A stretch of 63,319 nucleotides of DNA, counting the filler, from Rhizaria sp. SCN 62-66 (taxonomy: Eukaryota): assembly GCA_001724265.1 (NCBI GenBank). It is 2 parts of 2 records of this genome, joined end to end, with 100 filler letters (N's around TTAATTAATTAA, not from the genome) between each part and the next. Parts side by side here need not be neighbours in the genome. Positions count along the whole stretch, not along the records: positions 1 to 31,625 come from MEDY01000355.1; 1 more part is not named here. One strand, written 5' to 3'. This document shows positions 1-13,871 of the stretch, piece after piece. A model generated the notes under the pieces. That model made no database searches and had not been told where the DNA came from. It saw only the letters and a list, made by a program, of their open reading frames with translations. How positions within the stretch are numbered: position 1 is the stretch's first letter; every line of letters starts with the position of its first letter. The position numbers were made by a program, and so were the translations under genes.

Positions 1-1
1 G

Positions 2-3000
2 GCGGGCGAGGCGCGCGCGCGGCGACAAGAGCAGCTGCTGCGCGAGGCGCGCAAGGAAGGCGCGGCGTGGGCCGCGGCCGCGCGGCGGCTGCAGGGCCAG
101 GCGGCGGCGGCCGAGGCGGCGGCGGCTGAGGCCGGGCGCGCGGCCGAGGCCCGCACGGCGGCGCTGGTCGAGGCCCACGACGCTCACGCGCTGCTCGCGC
201 TCAGGCTCTCGGCCGCGGGCAGCAGCGCAGGCGGCGGCGGCAGCGCGGGCGCTAGCGCGAACAGCAACAGTAATAGCGGCGGCGGCGCAGCCTCTGCGAA
301 GAACACGCGTGGGGGCGGGATCAACAACAACGCGGGTGGCAGCGGCAGCAGCGGCAACAGCGTCACGTTCGTCGGCCTGCCCGCGAGCAGCAGCGGCGGC
401 GGCAACGGCGGCAGCGGCAGCGGCACTGAGAGCGCCGAGTTGGCCGCGCTATGGCAGATCCTCTCCTCCGCCATCGCGTACTTCAACAGCAGCAACAACG
501 GCGGCGGTGGCGTCTCTGGAGCCAGCATTAGCCCCAGCAACGCCAGCGCCAGCGCCAGCGGCAGCGCCAGCGCCAGCACGATGGCGGGCGACGCTGCGCC
601 CGCGTCGCTGGTGTCGATCTTGGGGCTGCTCTCGGAGCAGGGCGCGCTGGCTTCGCTGCCGCTCGCGGCCCCGCACGCCTACTACGCGCAGCTGCAATCG
701 CAGGCGCAGCTGGCGCAGCTGGGGCAGTCTCTCTCGCCGTCGCCGCTGCTGGGGCAGTCGCAGTCCCCGGCGCAGCTGCAGCAGCTGCAACAACAACAGT
801 CTGGGGCGCTCACGTCCTCGCCGAGCAAGTCTAAGTACCCCCTTAGCGCCAGCGCGAGTGCTGGAGGCAGCGGCGGCGGCAGCGGCGCGGTGATGCTGGC
901 CCCGCTGCGCTCGCTCTTTGCGGCCGTCGTCGCCTCCGCAGTGGCCTCCACAGGCGCCTCTGTGCCGGCCCTTTCGCACCCGCAATCGCACTCACAGTTG
1001 CAGCAATCGAGCGCGAGCCCCAACTACTCCCCGTCCGCGACCGCGAGCGGCAGCGCCGGCGCCGCCAATAGTACGACGGCGGGGGGGCAGCCCTCCGCGC
1101 TCACGCTGGCGTCGCTGTCGCCCGCCGCGCTGGCCCGGGCCTCGATCCCACTGCCGCTCGTCTTCTCGGTGCTGACGCACCTGGACGCCGCGGCGCGCGC
1201 GCTGGCGCAGCGCGACTCGGCGCTGTCGGCGGCGCTGTCGCAGCGGCGGCGGCTCGACCAGGACGGCCACTTGGCGCGCATCGAGCTCGTCGCCGCGCGC
1301 GCGCAGCTGCGCATCGCGCACCGGCGGCTGAACGAGTACCAGGACGCGCACGACGAGGCGCGGCGCGTGGCCCGGCGCGCGCGCGCGCTGCTGTTGCAGG
1401 CGGGCGCGCTGGGTGAGCGGCAGGGCGTGCGCGCGCGCGCCGTGGCCGAGGGCCTGCGCGAGGGCCGCGACGAGGCCGTGGGCGCCGTGCGCCTGCTCGC
1501 CGCCGCCGTCGAAGAGCTCCGCGGGGGCAAGGCGGCGGCCGAGGCGGCGGCGTTGCGTCAGCGCGAGCGCGGGAACAGGCTGCGGCGCAAGCTGCAGACA
1601 GCGCTGGCGCTGCTGAGCACGCATACGCGCGACGGCGCGCCGGGCGTCAGCGACGAGAGCGACGACGGCGACGGCGACCACCTCCACAGCAACTACAACG
1701 ACGACGAGGGTGGGGACAACGGCGGCATGAGCGGCTACGAGAGCGACAACGCGCGGCTCGCCGCCTACGGCGGCCACAACAGCCGCGGCCGCAGAAACAG
1801 CTCCAACAGCAACAGCAGCGCCAGCAGCAGCGGCTTCCTCCGCGGCTCTCCGGCCCTGGGCGCGATGACCGCCCCCGTCGCGGGCGCCGTCCCTGCGGGC
1901 GCCGTGACCGCGGCCGCGGCGGAGCGCACGAGCGACCCGGGCGAGCGCGCCGCGCTGCGCGTGCTGGCCTCGCTGGGCGTCGACCTCGCGCTCGCGGGGG
2001 CCGCGAATGCGGACTCGGCCGCCAGCGCCGCCGCCGCAAGCTACGTCAACAACAGCGCCGCCCACCACAGCGGCGGCGGCAGCAGCAAGTTCACCGAGAG
2101 CGGTGGCAGCGACGGCAACCAGGGCTCGTCGAAACTCAAGCCGCCTGCGGGCTCTGCGGCACAACTACCCCCGCACTCCCCCAAGGGCAAGAGCGGCGCC
2201 GGCGCTGGCGCTGGTGCGAGTGGCGGCATCACCGCGGTACGCGTGGCGACGGCGACCGCGGTGGGCGCGATCCCGATGCTCCACGGCAGCGCGCACGGCG
2301 GCGGCGGCAGCGGCGGCGGCAGCAGCGGCAACACGCTGAGCCCGCGCCACAACGCGGCGTCTCCGACCGCGGCCGCGGGGGGCGGCTTGACTTCCGCGCC
2401 CGCTGACTACGTGCGCGCCATTGTGCTGCTGCGCGAGGAGCTGCGCCTGCTGCGGGCCACCGATTGGGGCGCGGAGGCCGCCAGGGTCGCCGCTAAGCGG
2501 CATGAGGAGCTGTCGACGCAGCTCGCGCAAGTATGTTGTGATTCGTTCTCGATGAAATTGGTGTTTTATACCTTGTTTAACTGTATTGATTGTATTGATA
2601 TTTTATTTATAATGAAAATCCTCTGTTGGCACCTTCTTTCTTTCACAATGTCTCACTTTCTCATTCTCTTGCTCGTTATTACCTTGCTCTCACTTTGCTT
2701 TTCTCACCGCAGGCGCAAGCGGCCCGCGCGCGCACCGAGGCGCGTCTGGTGGACGAGGCCGCGCGCGCGCTGCGGCTCGAGGCAGAGCAGGAGAGCGCGC
2801 GCGCCGAGATGGCGTCGCTGCACAAAGAGCTCGCCGCCGCGGCCAGCGCGGCCTCCGCGGCGGCGGCGACGGCGACGGCGGACGCTCGCGCGCGCGCCGA
2901 GGCGCAGCAGGAACTGGCAACCGCGCGCGCGGCGCTGGCGGGCGAGCGCGCGCGGGGGGAGGCCGCGCTGGCGGAGCTCAAGCGCGACGCGGACCGGCTC

Positions 3001-4301
3001 GGCGAGAAGCTTAAGGCCGACCTCGCCGCGGCCGAGGCTGCAAGGTTCGGACTAACAAACAGCGCTTAAACAAAGATGTCTCGCTCTTTCTATTGCAATT
3101 GTTCACTTTTTGGTTTTTTTCTTACATGTAGATGGACAAGCTTAACACTCATAATGTCTGTGTATCATTCTTTCCTTTGTTTCTCTTCAGGGAGCAAGCG
3201 ATCGCGGAGGCGCGCGCAGCCGCCCTGGCCGAGGGCCGCGCCGCCGTGGCCGCCGAGGCTGCGGCGACGGTGGCCGCGGCCGAGGCCGCCGCTGCGGCGC
3301 GCGTGCTGGCCGCCGAGACCGCGGCCGCGGCGGCTGAGGAGGCGCGCGCGACGGGCGAGGCGCTTCTGGCGCGGCTGGCGGAGCGGCAGCAGGCGTTGCA
3401 AGACCGCGTGGCCATCGCCGAGGAGGCGCTGCGCGAGGCCGACGCGCGCGTGCGCGCCGCAGCCGCCGAGGGCCGGGCCGCGCTCGCGCAGGCCGAGGCC
3501 GAGGTCGCGGCCGCGCGCCAGGACGGCCGCGTGTCGGCGCTCGAGGAGCAGCGCGCCTCGCTCGAGGCCGCCGCGGGACGCGAGAAGGAGCGGCGCGCGC
3601 GGCTGGCATGGCGCCTGGTGCGGCAACACGCGCGGTACCTGTGGCGCGCGCGGGAGCTGGCGCGCACGCGCTACTTGGCCGTGGTGCTCGAGCGGCGCTT
3701 GGCCGAGGCCGACGCGGGCGCCGAGGAGGAACGCCGCCGCACGGCTGAGGGCGAGCTGGAGCGCTGGAAGGAGATCCGGCGCAGGCAGCTGCTGCAAGAG
3801 GGCGCCGCCAAGCGTCTGCAGCGGGGGCAGAAGCTGCTCTTCTTGCGCAGGCTTAAGGGCGCCGTACAGGCGGCGGAGGCGGCCGCTGCTGTCGCAGCAG
3901 CAACGCACGCGAGCTTTGCTGCTCCGGCCGCGGCTATCGTGCCTCCTCTCAGCGCTGCGACTCCCGCGTTACCCGCGTCTGTGGGGGATGACAACGCCAG
4001 AGTGAGCGCGCGTGCAAGTGCGAACAACAGTCCTCTTATCCCGACTGTCAGCATGAGCAACAACAACGCCCAACTTCAGACAGAGCCAGAGCCAGAGCGG
4101 CGGAAAACGCTTGCAGAAGAGCTCGAGCTCGAGCCTGAGCAAGATCGTGAGATCGAGCCCGAAGCACAAGACACCTTCTCTGGTGACGCGCATGCTCACG
4201 ACAGCACAGACGACGACAACGTGGTGCACGTTGAGATTGGCGCGCGTGCGCAGATGGGCTCTGTGCTGGGCCGCGGCGTGGAAATGAAGTTCACACGCTA
4301 A
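2..4301 (+). CDS. 5'-truncated low-complexity, Ala/Ser/Gly-rich coiled-coil protein of unknown function; exons <2-2530, 2713-3044, 3191-4301
   Basis: Frame 2 is open from the window start to 2530. AT-rich introns 2531-2712 (GTATGT...CGCAG, phase 0) and 3045-3190 (GTTCGG...TTCAG, phase 2) join ORFs 440-3055, 2626-3069 and 3132-4301 in frame. Heptad-like E/A/R/L-rich segments; TAA stop at 4299-4301. No family recognised. Confidence 0.7.
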
Positions 4302-4716
4302 AACACGCTGCTGAACAACGCGAAACGCAACAAGCTCGATCAGTGTTACAAGTGTACTGAGTGACTCAAGTCAGTGATATTGCTTTTGATTCTTAGATTA
4401 TCTTTATTACTAAAAAGGAATACCTAGTCAGAATTATCAATATTTACTTATCCACCAATAAATCGCATGAGATTCGTATCTTTTCTTTTTTTCTCTTTCT
4501 TTTCACTTCTCATGACAATCTATGCCCTCGACTGAAGCGGCATTTTTGATTACGATTATAAAACAAACAAAACGTTTCCAACGTCAACACAACTCAAACA
4601 TTAAACATAAACAAACTTAAACAGACCAATAAAAACAAACAACAAAATCACCTCATCAAGACCTTAAGAACAACAATAAGTCGACCTTTGCTTCGCTTAG
4701 CATCATAGCTAAGCGC

Positions 4717-7700
4717 TTAGCAGTCGTAGAGGAGCGCGAGCGCCTTGGAGACCTTGTTGCGGACCGCGTCGCTCTCCTGGTCGAGCATCTTGATGAGCCC
4801 GTGCGCGATCGAGTGGAGATTGAGCCGCTTCTTAGCGTCGGCGGCGAGCGAGTCGCCCGAGTGGCGCACCAGCGCGGCGGTGCAGTAGGCCGCGTTGGCG
4901 CGGATGCGCGTCCAGTTGGAGCCGTAGTAGGCCGTGAAGGCGTCGACGTAGCCGCGCAAGCGGTCGCCGTAGTGGCGCGCCATGAGCCGCGTGACCTCGT
5001 TGCAGAGCTGGTCGTAGTTGTCGACGTCGACCTCGGCCTCGGCCAGCGCCTCCTGCAGCGAGGGGTCGAGCAGCGTGGCGACCTTCTTGAGCCCCGCGAG
5101 CGCGGCCGCGGAGACCGAGTCGTCCTCGTCGTTGACGTGCGAGAGGTAGATAGGCAGGTTCGTGTGCACCTGGTCGTGGAAGTTCTCGTTGACGGCGTCG
5201 CCGAGCACGCCGCGGCGGTACTCCTCGCTGGTGACGGGTGTGGCGAAGCGCGCCAGCTCCGCGAAGAGCGCGAAGGCCGCGCGGCGCACCTTGACCTGCT
5301 TGCGGTCGAACGTCGCGCGCATGCGGAAGCAGATGGACACGAGGTTGGGCCCCATGGTGGCCAGGTCGACGACCTGCGCGACGCGCGTCAGCGATGCTAC
5401 GGCTTCGGCAGCGACTTCCGCATCAGAGTCCTCGGTGGCGCCCGAGAGCACCGAGATGACGCTCGTGGCCTGCTCGGCGACGCGCGCGGTCCACACCGTG
5501 ACGAGGTTGCCCAGGCCGCGCAGCGCCTGCTTGCGCACCTTGGCGACCTTGTCGGCCACGCGCGGCAGCAGGAAGCGGATCAACTCGCCCTGCAGGTCCG
5601 CGTCGCCCGCGCTGTGCGAGACGAACTCGGCGAGCATCGCTGTGGCGACGACGCGCTGGCCCGTGTAGGCCTGCTGCGAGTAGAAGTGCGCCAGGAACTC
5701 GAGCAGCTCGCGCTTGAGCTGCGGCAGCTCGGAGCAGACCGTCTTGGTGATGACAGAGACCGAGTCGTCGTAGGTCGCCGAGTCGAGCTTGGACCACACG
5801 GCGCCCTTGGAGCTGTCCTTGTCCTCAGCCGACTCGACGCCCTCGGCGATCTCGGCGTTGTGCAGCCCCGAGAGCACCTTGTCCTGCTCCACGCACTTGA
5901 AGAAGTCCTTGAGCGCACGGATGGCCTGCTTGGACGACACGCGCTCGTCGACGCCGTGCGCCGTGCCCGCGCGCATCAGCAGAGTCGCGAACAGCGCCGC
6001 GTAGCGCGAGCGCACCAGCTCGCTCACCGTCGTCACGGGGCCGTGCACCGTCACCGTGCCGCTGCGCAGACGCGTGTTGTTGCTGCTCGCGGCCGCGGCA
6101 GGCGACGCCTCGGGGGTGGGCTCGCTGTCGCCGCTGCTGTTGTTGGCGGCGCCGTTGGAGGTGACGACCCCGGAGGCCGTGACGGTGGCGGTGCCGGCGA
6201 CGCCCGCGTTGGTGGCCAGCGCGGCAACAGTGGCCGCGGCCGCGGTGGCCGCGGCGCCGCGCTGGAAGATGACCGAGAGCGCGCACGTGGCGGCCATGAC
6301 CAGCGGCGTGGGCGCCTTGGCGTCGAGCGGCGTGTCGTTGACCACCGAGATGAGGTGGTTCACAGTCTCCAGCGGCAGGTTGCTCACCGAGGAGCTCGCG
6401 CCGAAGGCCGTGATCGTCGGCAGCTGCGACTCCATCGCGGGGTCGGCCAGGGCGGCGATGCAGTCCTGAACGGATAGAATCAAGATAAAACAATTGGAGA
6501 CATAGAAGTGAGTTGTTTGTCATGAAAGATCGCGTTACAAGAAATTGACTTGACATATTAAATTGATTTTGTCGGTATAAACACATGACCAGTCTTATTT
6601 ATAGCAATATATCCGTACCTGCACCTCAGCGGGGAGCGGCGTGGGCGACTTGAGCAGCAGCGCCATGACGCCCGCGAAGTGGAGCCGCGCGAGCGTGCAC
6701 ATCGCCGCCAGCGCCGCGCGCTTGGTCTCGATCTTGGTGATCTTCTGCAGCACCTCGAGCAGCGCCGTGACGATGTCGCCCAGCTCGGGCTTGATCTCGG
6801 TGCCGCGCGCGGCGAGCGCGTCGAGCACGACGCGGCCCGCGCCCAGCGCGCCCGCGGCGTCGGGATCGACGAGCGCGGGGATGAGCGCGCGCGCCATCGC
6901 GACGACCTCGCCCGGCACCACCACGGCGCACACGAGCGAGACGACGTCGTCGACCACGGGGTAGCGCGCCTCGCTCGCTGCCAACACCGACGGCGGAATC
7001 GTCGTCAGTGCGGCGTCAGAGCCCGCCGCGTTGGCGGCGGCGATCGCGGCGGCCGCGGCCGCGGCGGCGTGCGCCGCGACCTCCTGCTCGGGCGTCGCGG
7101 CCGCGGCGGCGATGCGCGGCTTGAGCTCCGACAGCAGCTTCACCTCGGCGCGCGGCTTCGGGTCGTCGGGGTTGCTCAGCAGCTGGTCCAAGTACAGCAG
7201 CGCCTGGATCAACTCGATCGCGCACACGCGCGTGCTCTCGACGCTGTCGCCCACGCGCGCCAGCACCGGCGCCAGACGCTTGCCCAGCTCCGGAACGCAC
7301 GCCTCCTTCTGCGGGATGCGTTCCTGTGAGGCGCAAGGGGAAAAGAAACAGAAAAGCAGTTAGAAATGATACGTACAAGTACAGCATAATCTTGCAAAAC
7401 AGTCAATATTCAGCAAGTCATTTGAATAAAAAATACAATATCGATATCATTTAGTGTAAAACACGATATGAAGCTGTGCTACGCTACGTACCTGCGAGAC
7501 CTTGGGGACGAACTTCTTGAGCGTGACGAGGTAGCTGGCGAGCGCGCGGCCGCGCACGGTCGCATTCTTGCTCACGAGCAGTGGCTCGAGGCGCGAGATG
7601 ATGTGCAGCACGAGCTCCACGGAGGGGTCTGTCTGCAGCATCGACTGGATGAGCGAGTTGACGTAGCCCATGAGCGCCTCGCCGGGCGTCTCCTCCTTCT

Positions 7701-10691
7701 TCTCCTCGGCCGTGCCGCCACTCGAGCCCGCGTCCACGCCGTCGGCGCCGTTACCGCCCTCGGCGGGCTTGTCGGGCAGCAGGGGGTACATGGCGATGAG
7801 GTGGTCGAAGATGGCGTCGACCATCTGCTTGCTGTACTTGGGCTCCAGCAGCGTGAGCGTGGCCATAGTGCCCAGCACGAGCAGCCGCAGCTCCGCCGTG
7901 GGGCGCGCCTCCTTGTCCTTGTTGCTCTCGCGATCGTCGACCATGAGCAGCAGCCCGCGCACCAGGTCGTCGCGCCGCTTGAGCCGGAACGCCTTCTGCG
8001 TCTCGGGCAGCCGCTGCGGGTGGACCGCCTTGCCCACCAGGTCGAGCGCCTTGGCCAGCTGCACACGCAGGATCGGCGCCGTGCGCAGCGGCGCGCGCGG
8101 CGCCTTGGGGTCCGCGGGCGGCAGGCAGAGCAGAGGGATAACGTTGTGCAGCACGTGCACGTCGATGCGGCTCACCACCAGCTCCGGCGACGCATACGCA
8201 GTGATGTAGCCGTAGGCGAGCACGGCCGTGGCCTTGACCGCGTCCTCGGGGCCCGTCTCCTTCTTGGCGCCAAAGCCGAAGAAGCCGCCCGACTGCTTCT
8301 GGCCCTCTGGGGCCTTGGTGAGCAGGTCGGTGACCTTGGGCAGCACCGTGTCGAGGTGCGGGGAGGCCACCATGCCGAGGCCCTGCGCGCAGCCGCGCTG
8401 CTCCGTCTCGTTGTTGTGGTCCACGCCCTTAATCATGAGGTCCAGCAGCGAGTTGATCAGCGCGCGGTTCTGGATGCGCGACAGCACGGCGCCCAGGAAG
8501 CGGTACACCACGCGCAGCGCCTCGGCGTCCTTCTTGTGGACCGTGAGCAGCGCCGCCACGGCCTGCGCCAGCTCGCCGAGCCACTGCTCGTGGTCCACCA
8601 CGTTAACGCTCTCGCGCCACACCTTGAGCACCGTGTCCTGCCACTTGGTGACGTTGAAGCCGTCCTCGCCGGCGTGCGCCTCGAGGTGCTCGGCCAGCGC
8701 GGGCACCGTCTCGCCCCAGTACCGGCCCAGCGCGGGGTGCAGGCTCTCGGCCAGCACGCCCATCGCGGCGCACGCGTTGGTGCCGAGCCCCTTCTGTCGC
8801 GTCGGCAGCGACAGCTGCACGCACATCCGGGCCATGAGCGTCTGCGGCGGCGGCAGGTTCACTGCGCGCGTGAAGTCGATCACATGCCCGCCGGGCGCGG
8901 CGGCGTTGTCGCGGAGCTGGGCGCCGACGTCGCCGATGGCGCGCAGCAGCGCCGACATGGCGGGCGCCAGCGAGGGCTCGGGGACGAGCTCGAGCAGGTA
9001 CGGCCACATGACGGGCACGGCGTGGGGCACGCGCGTCGCGAAGACGTTGAGCGTGTGCTCCGCGGCGCGCTTGAGCAGCGAGAGCTGCGCCGTGGCCTCG
9101 TCCTTGGCGCCCGAAGCCGGGAGCTTGACGGCGCACTGGTCGACGACGAAACGCACAAGCGTCTCGCCGCCCTCGAGCGCAAGGTAGCCCTGGTTGGCCA
9201 TGGCCGTGACGAGCTGCAGCACCGTCTTGCGGATCCCCACCTCGGGCTCCGCCACCAACGTCGTCACCGCGGACATGATGATCGAGCGCCGGTCGCGCAA
9301 GACGCCATCGAGCGAGTTGACGAACTGGCGCAGGATGACCAGCGAGCCGACGCGCACCCACGTCTGCTTGATCTGGAAGCGGTTCACCACGAAGGTCAGC
9401 ACCTGGTCCGGCAGCGCGCGGCACAGGATCTCGAAGCAGCGCAGCACCTCGCCCGAGTGGCGCAGTGCGTTCGGGTTAGAGATCGGGTCCGCGGGGGGCA
9501 CGCAGATGAGCTCGTGCAGGCCGATCAGGACCTGAAAATGGAAGGAACAATAGGTGTGAGAGAAACATAGAAGTTAGATTTCGAGCGATATTCAACATTT
9601 TTTAGAAAATATGAACATGCAAATGAGAAGACGCTATTCATATAATAACAAATATGACCAAATAATAGTGAATCAATGTAATCCTATGGCGAGATATGTG
9701 GACATACCTGGTTGAGGAGGACGCCCGTCTCGAAGAAGCGGTCGGCGGACACGGCCTTGGTGAGCATGGCCGACATGCCCAAGGTGATGGGCAGGTGGTC
9801 GGCGGGGCGCTCGCGCTTGTACATCTGCAGGTAGGTGGTGAGAAGGCGCTCGAGGCGCTCCGCGAAGTCGTTGTCGGAGAGCACGGAGGAGATGCAGCCG
9901 AGCGCCTCGGCGACAGCGAAGCGGACCTTGCTCTCGGTCGAGATGAGCCAGCGCGAAAAGATGACGTCGAAGGCCGAGGCCATGTCCGAGGCGAACTGCG
10001 CCGGCGTCACACCCTGCGCGCGCGCAGCGTCGTCGGCGTCGGCCGCGAAGCCCGCGACGGCCTCGGCGAAGCGGCCGAAGGCGGTGGCGAAAACCCACAT
10101 CATGGGCGCCTTCTTGACGAGGCCCAGCACGGGGATGAAGCGCGACAGCACGTCGCGCAGGCGCAGCGTCAGGTGCACGGGGTTGGCCGCGGCCACGTCG
10201 GCAAAAGTCTTGACGACGTAGTAGTGCGGCTCAGTGCCGGGCTTAAACGTGTCGAGCAGCGCCGTGATGACCTGCGACGGGTAGGGCTGCGCGAGTGCGA
10301 CGAGGATGCCCGACGCGGGCGTCTGCCACTCGGACTTGACCTCGATGGCGCCGACCATCTCGAACGCGGCGAAGGACACGAGGTCCTTGGCGACCTCGGG
10401 GGTGATCTTGTCGCGCGCCGACTCGAGGATCCGGACCGCAATCTGCAGCAGCAGAATGCGGTGCGCCAGGTCGATCTTGTCGCCGCGCTTGGTCACGTAC
10501 GAGGCAATGGCCGTGAGGATGAGCTCGGGGTGGTGCTGCGCCAGGTCACAGAGCGCGAGCGTGATCGTCACGCGCACCGCCTCGGACTTGTCGTAGGCGC
10601 GGTCGATGAGCGAGAATGCCACGGCGTCGACCTCGCCGCCGGACTTGCGCATGTCCACCGTCACCTTGGGCTGGGAGGACTTGTCGGACAT
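4717..10691 (-). CDS. MROH1: Maestro heat-like repeat (MROH1/HEATR7A-like) HEAT-repeat protein, ~1825 aa; exons 10691-9708, 9531-7492, 7323-6619, 6465-4717
   Basis: Four minus-strand ORFs are joined by phase-0 GT-AG introns (9707-9532, 7491-7324, 6618-6466). Family-like motifs: 'PHYYVVKTFADVAAANP', 'EVLRCFEIL', 'MWPYLLE', 'GCAQGLGMVASPHLDTVL', 'QRVVATAMLAEF', 'WTRIRANAA'. TAA stop. The start Met is uncertain because an acceptor-like CCCACAG at 10736-10730 suggests another upstream exon. Confidence 0.8.
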
Positions 10692-11751
10692 CGGAGGCAC
10701 AGGGGCAGCAGCGGCAGCGGCGGCGGCGTCTGTGGGACGTATCAGCAAAGAAGTGTGTTAGTTAAAGGTTTGTCAACACAAAGAGCTACAACGTGAATCG
10801 CGCGCTCTGTGGTGAAGGGTTACTCAAATCGGCTGATGGACGAGTTGAGGTCTATAAGCGCGGCGTAATAGAGAAAAACATGTGGCACCAAGACAAGGGT
10901 GTACAATCGAGAGTGATGGTGCAAACGCACGGGCGGAGAGACACGAGGCAGAAAAGAGAAGCAACGGAGGACAAGCAAGGCAAGTGAGAAACATGGGGAT
11001 AGCGAGAGATTTCAAGGAGCTGTGGAAACAAGACATCAACCCTGTGATAGATCAATATCGTGGGTAGTTATAACCAAGCGTCTCCGATATGATAACAAAG
11101 AGTGTAAAGCTGGAGACAGTCTGAAGGACGAGGGTTACGTCGCGGGGAACGGGCTCATACAAGCGGCGTCATCACACGCTGAAAAACAGCAAAAACAGCT
11201 TAGGAACGTCGAGGGTAGAAACACTAATACGCGTTTTCGAGCTATACTAGAACAAAATACACCAAAATAAAATAAAATCACTACTTGACGCCTCTACCAC
11301 TGCAAACACGACTCGGCGACGTAGTCGTATCTGCCCCAACCACCGGCAGCGAGTGGCCGACTGGCCGGTGACTGTGGGTGACCGTGAGCAGAGCAGACCG
11401 CTGCTGTCCCGTTGTGGTTCGTCACGGGGGTATGACGAAGTGTGGCAAGCGTGATCGGGGGCGGAATTTAGTTCGGACGCTGTCGCTCATAACGCCGCGC
11501 GTTTGTGCATTATTCACGTGGAATATGCTTTATTATGTGTGTTTGATCCCTAGTTTATTTCCGAGAAGTGTTAGCACTTGCGTTATGGATGTATTTCAAA
11601 TGATTTTTGGCTAACGGACGACCCCGCCCCACTCCTTGAACGTCACTCCAATCCGTTTCCGTTGCATGAACACTCACTTATCGCGTATGTTTACCTCCAA
11701 AACTCACGAAAACCGATATATCCGTCCTTGTCCTTGTCCTTCAGCTCCTTC

Positions 11752-13254
11752 ATGGCAGGTAAATCCTCCGCGAGGAAGAACAGCGACGCGCCGGCCAAGG
11801 TCCACCACACGATGCCAGTGATCCCGCTCTTCACGGCCGTCACCGTCTACTTCGGCTGGGGCCTTCTCATCTTCGTCGGCCACATCCGCGACTTTTTCCG
11901 CCGTCTCTTCGTCCACACCTCCAAGACACCCGTGGGTTACGCCCCCATCGTCTCCGACTTCGAAGACTTCTACACGCGCCGCGCCTACGGCCGCATCCAC
12001 GAGTGTTGGAACCGGCCGATCAACTCTGCGCCCTCCGCGCACATCTCTGTCATCGAGCGCGAGCGCATCGGCACCGTGTTTCCGGGCTACACGCTCGAGG
12101 TGCGCGAGACCGGCCGCACCAACGACTGCCTGAACCTCGGCTCCTACAACTACCTCGGCTTCGGCGACAACGACTCCCCCACCAAGCCCTCTGTGCTGGC
12201 GGCGCTGGATCAGTACTCGGTGACGACGTGCTCGAGCCGCAGCGACGTGGGCACGACCCCGCTGCACCTGCAGGTTGAGGAGGTCGTCGCGCGCTACGTC
12301 GGCAAGGAGGCCGCTATGGTCTTCAGCATGGGCTTCGGCACCAACTCGACGGGCCTGCCCGCGCTCATGGGACCCGGCACGCTGCTCATCTCGGACGAGC
12401 TCAACCACGCCTCGATCGTCGTCGGCGCGCGCTCCTCGGGCGCCAAGATTGCCGTGTTCAAGCACTCCGACGTCAAGGACCTGGAGCGCGTGATCCGCAA
12501 GGCCATCGTCGACGGGCAGCCGCGCTCGCATCGGCCGTGGCGCCGCATCATGATCGTCGTCGAGGGCATCTACTCGATGGAGGGCGAGATGTGCCCGCTC
12601 GCCGAGATCGTCGCGCTTAAGAAGAAGTACAAGTGCTCGCTCTACGTCGACGAGGCGCACTCGATCGGCGCCGTCGGCCCCACGGGCAAGGGCGTGTGCG
12701 AGTTCACCGGCGTGGACCCCGCCGACGTCGACGTGCTCATGGGCACCTTCACCAAGTCCTTCGGCTCCGTCGGCGGCTACATCGCGGCCGACAAGCACGT
12801 TATCGACTACCTGCGTCTGCACTGCATGGGCTCAGTGTACTCGCCATCCATTTCGCCCCCCGCCTGCCAGCAGATCATCGCGGCGATGAAGATCATCCTC
12901 GGCGAGGACGGCACCGACAACGGCCGCCAGCGCCTCCAGGCCATCTACGACAACGCCAACTACTTCCGCGACGAGCTGCGCAACTACGGCTTCCACGTGC
13001 TGGGCGAGGCGGGTTCTCCGGTTGTGCCCGTGATGCTGTACGTGCCCTCGCAGATCAAGCACTTCTCGACCGAGTCGCTGGCGCGCAACCTCGCCGTCGT
13101 CGTCGTCGGCTTCCCCGCCACGCCGTTGCTGTTGTCGCGCGTGCGCTTCTGCATCTCGGCCGCGCACACGCGCAAGGACCTCGAGGACGCCATCAAGAAG
13201 ATCAAGGAGGTCGGAGACGTCCTCGGTCTCCGCTACGCTCAGGGCGCCTGCTAA
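11752..13254 (+). CDS. LCB2: Serine palmitoyltransferase, catalytic LCB2/SPTLC2-type subunit (PLP-dependent alpha-oxoamine synthase), 500 aa, intronless
   Basis: Motifs 'CLNLGSYNYLGF', 'SDELNHASIV', 'VEGIYSMEGE', 'DEAHSIGA', the PLP-lysine motif 'GTFTKSFG' and 'VVVVGFPATPL..SRVRFCISA'. ATG 11752 (MAGKSS) is where GC-rich codon usage begins; TAA stop. Confidence 0.95.
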   Translation: MAGKSSARKNSDAPAKVHHTMPVIPLFTAVTVYFGWGLLIFVGHIRDFFRRLFVHTSKTPVGYAPIVSDFEDFYTRRAYGRIHECWNRPINSAPSAHISVIERERIGTVFPGYTLEVRETGRTNDCLNLGSYNYLGFGDNDSPTKPSVLAALDQYSVTTCSSRSDVGTTPLHLQVEEVVARYVGKEAAMVFSMGFGTNSTGLPALMGPGTLLISDELNHASIVVGARSSGAKIAVFKHSDVKDLERVIRKAIVDGQPRSHRPWRRIMIVVEGIYSMEGEMCPLAEIVALKKKYKCSLYVDEAHSIGAVGPTGKGVCEFTGVDPADVDVLMGTFTKSFGSVGGYIAADKHVIDYLRLHCMGSVYSPSISPPACQQIIAAMKIILGEDGTDNGRQRLQAIYDNANYFRDELRNYGFHVLGEAGSPVVPVMLYVPSQIKHFSTESLARNLAVVVVGFPATPLLLSRVRFCISAAHTRKDLEDAIKKIKEVGDVLGLRYAQGAC

Positions 13255-13871
13255 TTCACTCGTAGACTGAAGCTATGGACGGAAGTGGTTGCACGGCGGA
13301 CTGCTGCTGCGTGACTGAGGGTTCTTTATTTTTTTAATTTTCTAACACTATTACAAAGAAAATATGCGTTCTAATAGTTCCAACAAGATGTTTTGTTTCG
13401 TTATCGTGATAATACTTAGTACATAATATGGCTGTTTCTCTGTGTTTTTGTGGCATTCAGCTGTCATAGTGGGCCACAGCGACGTATACTTGCTACTTTC
13501 GCACTGTCTCTGCGTTACTTCTACGACTGCTGTTGCTACAGTACTTCTGTGTTGTTGACCAAATAAACAAAAAGATTCATTAACCAAAGTTAACTTTGCT
13601 ATAACTTCAATTCGCGACTCACTTTGATGTCAGAATGCTGTGTCGCTTAGCAACATGTTGCGTTGTTGAATAAAAAATGCGTATGTATTTGTGTTCTTGA
13701 CCTATTAAAGACTAAAATTACATGAAGAAGTGAAAACAAACAGATCAAAACAAATATGCACTTACTTTTCACGTGCATACACTAATGACAACAAAGAATC
13801 AAACTAAACGATAACAAAAACAATCAATCATCGTCACACAGACAGACATGCTTAAGGTTCAAGCCTCGAGC